Made by a program: the position numbers and the translations under genes. Positions 1-7,405 of a DNA stretch of 30,808 nt are shown in pieces (within the stretch, counting starts at the first letter, position 1; every line of letters begins with the position of its first letter). Source of the stretch: an uncultured Bacilli bacterium. Lineage in GTDB: Bacteria > Bacillota_I > Bacilli_A > RF39 > UBA660. The notes beneath the pieces are model-generated. The model ran no database searches. It saw only the letters and a list, made by a program, of their open reading frames with translations, and had not been told where the DNA came from. The stretch spans positions 1-30,808 of the forward strand of contig CANQIM010000001.1 in assembly GCA_947624075.1 (NCBI GenBank), written 5' to 3'.

Positions 1-6
1 ATTTTT

Positions 7-774
7 TTACATATTTTTGAATATTTTTGCTAAAAAATCCTTTTCCCACATATAATTCTCCCCTATTTTTAATAAATGTTTTTTATTACGATAAAAATCA
101 CTTCCGTTTTTTATTATTTTAGTATCTTTAAAATTGTAATTATCTAAATATCTTTCTAGTAAGAATTTTTGGTAACAATAATTAAAATTTTTATATTCTT
201 TAGTTATTTTATAAAGTAAGAAAAGAACAACTAAAAATAAATTTATATTTAAATTCCTAAAATTTAAAAAGAAAAAAAGACCAACAAATAAATAACTAAT
301 AGCTATAGAAAGATAATAACTAATTTTAAAAGAAAAAACACCTGATAAAAATAAATTTACTAACTTTCCTCCATCTAATGGGTATATTGGTAATAAATTG
401 AAAATTAAAATACTGTAATGGTAAACTATAATCATATTTTCATATTGTGGAAGTAATCTTTTTAATAGAAGATAAGCAAATATTTGAAATATAGGACCAA
501 ATATTAAAATTAAAAACTCTTTTAATAAAGAGATATTTTGATCCATATTAAATTTTGATATTCCTCCTAAAGGATATAAATATATTTTTACAACGTCTAC
601 TTTTAATAATTTAGCAGATAAAAAATGCCCTACTTCATGAATAATTATTAAAAAGCTAATTATAAAAAAAGGCACAAAAGATGCAGTTAAAATGGCAGCA
701 ATTGCAAAGAGGTAAACTAAAACATTTACCTCAAAATATTTAAATATATTTCTCATAATCAAGAATTTGTCCAT
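7..774 (-). CDS. spoIVFB: M50 family intramembrane metalloprotease, SpoIVFB ortholog (pro-sigmaK processing protease)
   Basis: HEVGH zinc motif, NLLPIYPLDGGK motif and FLLERY segment as in SpoIVFB; directly downstream of a SpoIVFA-like gene. The real start may be the ATG at 756. Confidence 0.85.
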   Translation of the reverse strand: MDKFLIMRNIFKYFEVNVLVYLFAIAAILTASFVPFFIISFLIIIHEVGHFLSAKLLKVDVVKIYLYPLGGISKFNMDQNISLLKEFLILIFGPIFQIFAYLLLKRLLPQYENMIIVYHYSILIFNLLPIYPLDGGKLVNLFLSGVFSFKISYYLSIAISYLFVGLFFFLNFRNLNINLFLVVLFLLYKITKEYKNFNYCYQKFLLERYLDNYNFKDTKIIKNGSDFYRNKKHLLKIGENYMWEKDFLAKIFKNM

Positions 775-1312
775 CTTTTTGGAAAACTAAATAAAGTTTA
801 TTTTCATTTACTTCACCTAAAAGCTTTCCTTTTTCAATATAGTCATATAATTTTATATTAGAAACATTCACATTACCATAGGAGACATCTATTCCATTTA
901 TTTGTTCTACTATTACGGTATTTCCATAAGATTCTTTTGGACCTATGAAGACTACTATACCACTTTCTAAAATTGGTACCATATATTTATCAGAAACAGT
1001 TAAAGCCACACCATCTTTGTATGATTCTTTTTTTGTATAAGCCAATTTTTCATCAAAAACAGGTTGTTCTTCCTTAACAATTTTTTCAAGAGCTAAAATA
1101 TTTCCAAAATATTTTTGATAAATTTCTTTTGCTTTAGTAAATTTAATATTTTTTTCATAAATATTTTCTATAAGAGTAGATTTTAGATTAGGATTTTTCT
1201 TAATTACTATTAAACCTATTAAAAAAATAATTATTGAGAATAAAAATCTGGTTATAAAAATTTGAACACTTTTTTTTAGTACTAGTTTTTTCTTTATTGT
1301 TTTTCTTTGCAT
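740..1312 (-). CDS. spoIVFA: SpoIVFA-like protein (one N-terminal TM helix plus a catalytically dead M23/LytM-like domain)
   Basis: C-terminal GIVVFIG...YGNTVIVEQ...YGN...KLYDYIEKGKLLG is an M23 fold pattern without the HxxxD/HxH zinc ligands; SD AAAGGAG upstream of ATG 1312; synteny mreD-spoIVFA-spoIVFB. Confidence 0.8.
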   Translation of the reverse strand: MQRKTIKKKLVLKKSVQIFITRFLFSIIIFLIGLIVIKKNPNLKSTLIENIYEKNIKFTKAKEIYQKYFGNILALEKIVKEEQPVFDEKLAYTKKESYKDGVALTVSDKYMVPILESGIVVFIGPKESYGNTVIVEQINGIDVSYGNVNVSNIKLYDYIEKGKLLGEVNENKLYLVFQKDGQILDYEKYI

Positions 1313-1357
1313 AATAAAAATCTCCTTTAATAAAGTTTATTCATTAAAGAAGATTTT
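1313..1357 (-). terminator. Intrinsic terminator-like hairpin after mreD, overlapping the spoIVFA SD
   Basis: Minus strand AAAATCTTCTTTAAT-11 nt loop-ATTAAAGGAGATTTT (15-bp stem with one G-U pair; arms 1343-1357 and 1317-1331), ending in a U run. Confidence 0.6.
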
Positions 1358-1361
1358 ATTC

Positions 1362-1868
1362 CTAATTAATTTGAATTCTTTTATATTTTTTAGGTATAAA
1401 TTTAACTATTACATACCAAAAACTAGCATAAATTACATTAAGCAATAATGAATGACTTATTTTATAAAGTAATCTAGTTAAAGTCATTGGGACCAAGTTA
1501 AATATAATGATAATTAGAGCAGTTAAAGATTCATAGATAGAAATAATTAAAACAGTTATCAAAATTATTTTTATAAAACTGTAATCAATATATTTATAAA
1601 TAAATTTAATTACTAGGCCACAAACAAAGAATAAAATGGCATTAAAAAATAAAAGATTGGTATAAAACAAATCATATAAAAGTCCTAAAATGATGATTGT
1701 TGCGAAGAATTTTTCCTCTTTTTTACGATATAAAGGATAAATTACTACGATAGATGTTAATGTAAGTAGTGGTGTAAAAAATGATAAATCATTTGGTATA
1801 AAGGCAAGAAAATTAGAAAGAATTCCATCTAGTAAAAAAGAAATTAGCAAAATAATTAAAGAAAGCAT
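1362..1868 (-). CDS. mreD: Rod shape-determining protein MreD
   Basis: 168-aa highly hydrophobic protein with GLLYDLFYT motif; coupled to mreC by a TAATG overlap at 1866-1870. Confidence 0.85.
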   Translation of the reverse strand: MLSLIILLISFLLDGILSNFLAFIPNDLSFFTPLLTLTSIVVIYPLYRKKEEKFFATIIILGLLYDLFYTNLLFFNAILFFVCGLVIKFIYKYIDYSFIKIILITVLIISIYESLTALIIIIFNLVPMTLTRLLYKISHSLLLNVIYASFWYVIVKFIPKKYKRIQIN

Positions 1869-2662
1869 TATTTTTTCTCCTTTAAAATAGTGACATAATG
1901 AATATTATTGAAATCTTGCCTAGTTTTTATATAAAGTGTTTTACTCAAATTATACTTATCATTTTCTTGACTTTCTACAGTACCAATAAATATGCCTGCT
2001 GGAAATAATTCGCCTAGCCCACTTGTTAGTACAATATCATCTTTTTTTACGGTAGTCATTTTGTCAATACCTGTTACTTTCAATAAGTGCTTTTCTTTAT
2101 CGTAACCGTTTAAAATGGCATAATTATCGACATCATTTACTTTAACTGAGACACTTACTTTAAAATTAATATCATCTGATGTTAATAATTTTAATTCACT
2201 AGAGTTATTTGAGACTTTAGAAATTTTACCAATCAAACCATTTTTAGTAATTACAGCCATATTTTCTTTAATACCATCTTTTTTACCTTTATCAAGAGTA
2301 ATAGTATTAAACCAATAGCTTTTATTACGTGACAACACAGTAGCATTTTCAATATCATATTCGGTCAAAGTTCTATTTAACTCTAAGGTTTCCTTTAATT
2401 CTGCAATCTCTTTTTCTAAAGATGAATTAACATTTTTTTGAATAATATAACTTTCATTTTGGTTAACTTCCTTTGTTTTATTAATAGCTGTAAACGGATA
2501 CATTATTACCTTATTAAATCCCATAGCTATATCTTTGAAAAAAGATTCTACAGGTGTATAGGTTCTTTTTAAAACGACGGAAATAGATAAAAGCAAAATT
2601 ATTGTGATAGAAGTTAAAATAATTAATAGCTTTGAATTTAATTTTTTCTTTCTTTTATACAT
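1868..2662 (-). CDS. mreC: Rod shape-determining protein MreC
   Basis: TM helix, coiled coil, TITLDKGKKDGIKENMAVITKNGLIGKI and LTSGLGELFPAGIFIGTV motifs. Start reassigned from TTG 2677 to ATG 2662 behind a GGTGAT SD. Confidence 0.93.
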   Translation of the reverse strand: MYKRKKKLNSKLLIILTSITIILLLSISVVLKRTYTPVESFFKDIAMGFNKVIMYPFTAINKTKEVNQNESYIIQKNVNSSLEKEIAELKETLELNRTLTEYDIENATVLSRNKSYWFNTITLDKGKKDGIKENMAVITKNGLIGKISKVSNNSSELKLLTSDDINFKVSVSVKVNDVDNYAILNGYDKEKHLLKVTGIDKMTTVKKDDIVLTSGLGELFPAGIFIGTVESQENDKYNLSKTLYIKTRQDFNNIHYVTILKEKK

Positions 2663-2682
2663 ATTATCACCATTCAATACTT

Positions 2683-2711
2683 ATTATATTATACTTTTTT
2701 TACATAAACAA
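2683..2711 (-). promoter_or_regulatory. Putative sigmaA promoter for mreCD
   Basis: TTGTTT (2706-2711), 17-bp spacer, TATAAT (2683-2688). AT-rich context lowers specificity. Confidence 0.5.
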
Positions 2712-3401
2712 TTAGAGATTTAAAATTTCTTTATGTTCATAGAAACTGTAAAAACTACTCTCTCCTACTATAATATGATCTACTACTGGTATACCTTGAA
2801 TTTGCCCTGTTCTCATAAGATTTTCTGTTAGTAAGATATCAGCTTTTGAAGGAGTAACATCATTAGATGGATGATTATGAAGACACACTATACTTGAAGC
2901 ACTAAGTAGATATGCCTCTTTAAAAATTTCACGAGGATGGATAGTACTTTGATTAATTGTTCCCATGAAGAGTAACTTTTTAGAAATAAGATTTTGCTTT
3001 ACATCAAAATATAGACAAAAGAATAGTTCCTGCTTCTTATTATAAAATAAATCTTTAGTTGCTAAAAAAATCTCTTGGGCATTTTTCAAATTTAAAAAAT
3101 GTTCTTTTTTAGTAGAATAAATTCTTCTTCCTAATTCGATAGAAGCAATTAGCTCTTGCGCTTTTACTTCGCCTATTCCTTTTATTGATTTTAAGTTATT
3201 TACAGTTAGATTTTTCATAGCATATAAATCATATTTTTTTAAAATCTCAATTGCTAGGTCAAGGACGCTTTGTTCTTTAGTACCAGTTTTTAAAATGATA
3301 GCCAAAAGCTCCTTATTACTTAAATTACTCACCCCAACCTCTTTTAATCTTTCCCTTGGTCTTTCCATTATAGGAATATCTCTTATTTTATAATTGTTCA
3401 T
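2712..3401 (-). CDS. radC: RadC family JAB-domain protein
   Basis: ERPRERL N-terminus, HhH motif (SIKGIGEVKA), HPREIFK and HNHPS..TPS.AD..DH JAB motif. Start reassigned to ATG 3401 behind a GAGGTG SD. Confidence 0.95.
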   Translation of the reverse strand: MNNYKIRDIPIMERPRERLKEVGVSNLSNKELLAIILKTGTKEQSVLDLAIEILKKYDLYAMKNLTVNNLKSIKGIGEVKAQELIASIELGRRIYSTKKEHFLNLKNAQEIFLATKDLFYNKKQELFFCLYFDVKQNLISKKLLFMGTINQSTIHPREIFKEAYLLSASSIVCLHNHPSNDVTPSKADILLTENLMRTGQIQGIPVVDHIIVGESSFYSFYEHKEILNL

Positions 3402-3444
3402 ATGCACCTCAATTATATTATTATCTAAAAAGGAAAGAATTGTA

Positions 3445-3897
3445 TCAATATTTATTTAATATTTCTTCATAATTAGCTAAGACTACTTCTTCAATAGTTA
3501 AAATTTCTTCATCAGTAGTACTATTATTAATTAATAAATCAAATTGAGTAACATTATTTGTAAACTCCTCATTACTAATAGTTTTAACTTTTTCATAAAG
3601 ATTTAAACCCTTTTTTGCATATATTTTTTTTATTTTTTGGGCAATATTCTTATTTTTAGTAATACCTACATAAACATAGTATTTATTATCTTGATAATCA
3701 ACTACTTTTTGTTCAAGATTTTTAATATTCTTTTCGAGATTTTCTTTTTTTTCATAAACACCTTCTTGAAGAAAGTAAAAACTTTCATTTTTAGATACTA
3801 TTTCTTTAACCGAACTATAATTAAATTTACGAATATTGTTTCCTATTATTAAACCAAGTACTATAAAAATAGCACTAACTACAAATGTCTTTTTCAT
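3445..3897 (-). CDS. Membrane-anchored SPOR-like domain protein, probable miniature SpoIIB homolog
   Basis: N-terminal TM helix; FLQEGVY...KYYVYVGITKNKNIAQKI SPOR-type pattern; lies upstream of radC, the position of spoIIB in Bacillus. Confidence 0.5.
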   Translation of the reverse strand: MKKTFVVSAIFIVLGLIIGNNIRKFNYSSVKEIVSKNESFYFLQEGVYEKKENLEKNIKNLEQKVVDYQDNKYYVYVGITKNKNIAQKIKKIYAKKGLNLYEKVKTISNEEFTNNVTQFDLLINNSTTDEEILTIEEVVLANYEEILNKY

Positions 3898-3974
3898 CTT
3901 ATCACCACAAAAATAGTAGCAAAATTCTACAGAAAAAATTGTCGATTAGATGATATTAGACAAAAATTTTTAAG

Positions 3975-3997
3975 AAAAAAAGAACAATTATTTGTCC
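3975..3997 (-). terminator. Intrinsic terminator ending the csoR-copA-ttcA operon
   Basis: Minus strand GGACAA-ATAA-TTGTTC followed by 7 T, overlapping the ttcA stop codon. Confidence 0.55.
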
Positions 3998-4818
3998 TTT
4001 TCATAATTATCTAGAAAACTTGTATAGTCACCATTACTTTTAAAACCAAGTACACAATCTAAATTAATATTATCTAGTGCTTTAAAGATGTTATCGTCTA
4101 CCTTAGGATTTACTTTTCTTAATTCTTTGATGAGCTTTTTCATCTCTTCTCTTTTAGAAGTATTTTCGTCATTTAAACTACAATTTTCAGTAAAGCGACA
4201 GGCACAATTTAAAAAAGTTAAATCATTGTATTTTTTCCAATCTAAAATATCTTGTTCTTTGACTAAATATAAAGGTCTAATTAATTCTAAACCTGGAAAA
4301 TTTTCACTATGAAGTTTAGGCATCATTGTTTTTATTTCTGATGAGTAAAGCATTGATAAAAGAGTGGTTTCAATTACATCATCAAAGTGATGACCTAAAG
4401 CTATTTTGTTACAGCCTAACTCTTTAGCCTTATTATAAAGACAACCTCTACGCATTCTAGCACATAAGTAACAAGGGCTTCTATCAATATTAGAAACAAT
4501 GCCAAAAATATCACTATCAAATATAATAATTGGAATATTTAAAAGCTTCGCATTTTCTTCTATTTGTTTTCTGTTTTGCTCATTGTAGCCAGGATCCATC
4601 ACAACATAATGGGCTGAAAAAGAAATATCACTATGACGCTCTAACTCTTGAATACATTTGGCAAGTAGAAAAGAATCTTTACCACCACTGATACAAACCA
4701 TGATGTGATCATTTTCATTTATCAATTGATACTCTTTTATAGCTTTTACAAAGCGAGCCCAAATGACTTTACGAAATTTTTTTATTATGCTTCTTTCTAT
4801 TTCTTGATACTTTTCCAT
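3988..4818 (-). CDS. ttcA: TtcA-family tRNA 2-thiocytidine biosynthesis protein (PP-loop ATPase, Fe-S)
   Basis: SGGKDS PP-loop, SPCYLCARMRRG CxxC, ALGHHFDD, LIRPL and a C-terminal CACRFTENC cysteine cluster. Confidence 0.8.
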   Translation of the reverse strand: MEKYQEIERSIIKKFRKVIWARFVKAIKEYQLINENDHIMVCISGGKDSFLLAKCIQELERHSDISFSAHYVVMDPGYNEQNRKQIEENAKLLNIPIIIFDSDIFGIVSNIDRSPCYLCARMRRGCLYNKAKELGCNKIALGHHFDDVIETTLLSMLYSSEIKTMMPKLHSENFPGLELIRPLYLVKEQDILDWKKYNDLTFLNCACRFTENCSLNDENTSKREEMKKLIKELRKVNPKVDDNIFKALDNINLDCVLGFKSNGDYTSFLDNYEKDK

Positions 4819-7019
4819 TATCTTTTTAACCTCAATGAATTAAAAACTACAGTCAAACTACTAAAAGTCATTGCTATACCAGCAATAGATGGATTCATAG
4901 CTAAATGAAATGGTTTAAAGAAACCTATGGCGATAGGAATCATACAAATATTATAGAAAAAAGCCCAAAAAAGATTTTGTTTTATTACTTTAAGAGTCTT
5001 TTTACTTATATTAAAAAGAGTATTTATACTTTGCAAATTATTATTCATAAGAATTACATCAGCAGAATCGCCTGCTATATCAGTAGCACTATTAAAACTG
5101 ACCCCAACATTAGAAGTTGCTAAAGAAGGAGCATCATTTATACCATCACCAATCATCATTACTTGCTTATTTTCTTTTAACAACTGCTTTATGTAATTAG
5201 TTTTTTCCTGTGGTAAGACGTTGGCTATTACTTTCTTTATACCCAATTTTTTGGCAATTATTTGAGCTGTTTTGACATTATCACCTGTTAACATAATAAG
5301 ATCTTTATTATTTTTCTTAAGAGAAGAAAGTGTTTCTGGTGCTTCTTTTCTAATAACATCGGATATACCTACTAGACCTAAAATTTTTCTATCTTCTATT
5401 AAGTAAATTAATGTATTAGCTCCATTGGTTAACTCATCTTTTTTTATAGATAAAAATTTGTCTTCTTTTATTTTTAATTTAGCTAACAATTTTTCACTAC
5501 CAACATAGACTTCTTTGTCTTCTATTGTTCCTTTTAAGCCTATTCCAGTAATATTTTCAAAATCTTTAACTTTAGATAAAGAAAGATTGTTATTATCAAC
5601 ATAAAATTTAAACGCTGAAGCTATAGGATGAGTACAGCAAGCTTCTAAAGAAGCAATTTTTAATAAAAATTCTTCATCAGTTAGGTTTGATTTATTAATT
5701 ACATTTTCTATTTGTAAATTACCATAAGTTAAAGAACCTGTCTTATCAAAAACAACAGTATCTATTTTAGCAATATTTTCTAAAGATGCACTGTCTTTAA
5801 TTAAAATTCCTTTTTTGGCAGAAGTTCCTAAGCTTACAACTACTGCTAGGGGGGTTGCTAAACCTAGGGAACAAGGACAAGCAACTACTAAGACACTAAC
5901 AAAAGATGATAAGCTTTCATTCAAGGAAAATCCAAATAATAAATAGCCACAAAAAGTTAGAATTGCTAAGAAAATGATTGTAGGAACAAAATAACTACTA
6001 ATTTTATCAGCTAATCTTTGGACAGGTGCTTTAGTATTTGTTGCTTCAACTACTAATTTTACTATTTCAGAAATCGTTGATTCCTTACCTATTTTTACAG
6101 CTTCATATTCGATGTAACCATCTATATTAATACTACCAGCAACAACTTTAGAGCCTTTTTCTTTCTTACTAGGAAGAGATTCACCTAAAATAAATGACTC
6201 ATCAATATGAGCTTGACCTTTTGTAATAATTCCATCAACAGCGATACGCATACCTGGTTTACATACTAAGATATCTTTTTTTACTACTTCGTCAATAGTT
6301 ACTTCTTTTAAACCATCTTTTGTTTTTAAAAGAGCTTTTGTAGGAGTAATTTGAACTAATTCTTGTAATGCTTCTTTGGTTTTTTCTTTACTATTACTAT
6401 CAATGATACGCCCTAATTTAATAAAATAAATAATTACTACACAGGACTCAAAATAAAGATTATGAACTAATGATGTTTGTCCTTTTACGATTAAAAGTAG
6501 ATTAATAAAGCTATATATAAAACTAGTAAATACTCCTAAAGTAACTAATGTATCCATATTAGGTGTCCTATGAATAATGTTTTTAATACCACTTTTAAAA
6601 ATAGAAAAGCCATATATCAAAAAGGGAATAGTTAAACAGCATAGACTTAGTGCGTAATTTAGAGGATGTTTATCATTACTAAGGATAGGAATTTCTGGTA
6701 AATTAAGCATATGAGCCATTGAAATATAAAGAGTTAGTATAGCTAAAATACCTAAAAATACTAGTTGAAAAATATTTGTTTTCTTTTTATCTTGTATTTT
6801 AGTAGGATTAAAAACTCCCCCACTTTCAAAACCAGCTTCGTCAATAAATCTTTCTAAGTCAGCCACAGTAAGAAAATCAGCATATTCAATAGAAGCTTGA
6901 GCTAAAACTAAATTGACATTAGCAGAAATAATTCCTTTTTGTTTATTTAAGTACTTTTCTAAACCAACTTGACAAGCACTACAAGTCATTCCTTTTACAT
7001 TTAAAATTATTTTTGCCAT
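4818..7019 (-). CDS. copA: Cu(I)-translocating P1B-type ATPase
   Basis: GMTCSAC HMA domain, MDTLV, CPC, DKTG, HP, GDGINDAP, and YN / MxxSS TM ligands of the P1B-1 class. Start reassigned to ATG 7019 behind a GGAGT SD. Confidence 0.92.
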   Translation of the reverse strand: MAKIILNVKGMTCSACQVGLEKYLNKQKGIISANVNLVLAQASIEYADFLTVADLERFIDEAGFESGGVFNPTKIQDKKKTNIFQLVFLGILAILTLYISMAHMLNLPEIPILSNDKHPLNYALSLCCLTIPFLIYGFSIFKSGIKNIIHRTPNMDTLVTLGVFTSFIYSFINLLLIVKGQTSLVHNLYFESCVVIIYFIKLGRIIDSNSKEKTKEALQELVQITPTKALLKTKDGLKEVTIDEVVKKDILVCKPGMRIAVDGIITKGQAHIDESFILGESLPSKKEKGSKVVAGSINIDGYIEYEAVKIGKESTISEIVKLVVEATNTKAPVQRLADKISSYFVPTIIFLAILTFCGYLLFGFSLNESLSSFVSVLVVACPCSLGLATPLAVVVSLGTSAKKGILIKDSASLENIAKIDTVVFDKTGSLTYGNLQIENVINKSNLTDEEFLLKIASLEACCTHPIASAFKFYVDNNNLSLSKVKDFENITGIGLKGTIEDKEVYVGSEKLLAKLKIKEDKFLSIKKDELTNGANTLIYLIEDRKILGLVGISDVIRKEAPETLSSLKKNNKDLIMLTGDNVKTAQIIAKKLGIKKVIANVLPQEKTNYIKQLLKENKQVMMIGDGINDAPSLATSNVGVSFNSATDIAGDSADVILMNNNLQSINTLFNISKKTLKVIKQNLFWAFFYNICMIPIAIGFFKPFHLAMNPSIAGIAMTFSSLTVVFNSLRLKR

Positions 7020-7031
7020 AAAGCACTCCAA

Positions 7032-7319
7032 TTATTTAATTTTTTGGAATAAATCAAATAATTCTTCTACAGCTTCTTCGTTATTTTCCTTAATTTCAGT
7101 AGCTAAGCAATTGGTTAAATGGTCTTTTAAAATTCTTTTACCTAAACTTTTTAAAGAATTATCAACTGCTGATATTTGAACTAAGATTTCATCGCAATAT
7201 CTATCTTCGTTTACCATGCCTTTAATTCCTCTTACTTGCCCTTCAATTGTGTTTAAGCGAGTTTTTAAATAATCTTTTTCCTCACTTGATCTTTCTGTTA
7301 TTTTTCTGTTTTCTTTCAT
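7032..7319 (-). CDS. csoR: CsoR family copper-sensing repressor
   Basis: RLNTIEGQVRGI...YC.....Q..A...HL..C (Cys-His-Cys ligand pattern); immediately upstream of copA. Confidence 0.9.
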   Translation of the reverse strand: MKENRKITERSSEEKDYLKTRLNTIEGQVRGIKGMVNEDRYCDEILVQISAVDNSLKSLGKRILKDHLTNCLATEIKENNEEAVEELFDLFQKIK

Positions 7320-7336
7320 TTTTCATCACCAAAAAA

Positions 7337-7366
7337 ATTATACCACCCTGGAGGGGTGGTAGTCAA
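7337..7366 (-). promoter_or_regulatory. sigmaA promoter of csoR with overlapping CsoR-type operator
   Basis: TTGACT (7361-7366), 18-bp spacer, extended -10 TGgTATAAT (TATAAT at 7337-7342). The spacer is filled by the G/C-tract palindrome TACCACCC-tggag-GGGTGGTA (7341-7361), which stands out in this AT-rich DNA. Confidence 0.85.
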
Positions 7367-7405
7367 TATTTGATTAAACTAATTTGTATTGGACTAAGCA
7401 GCAAC

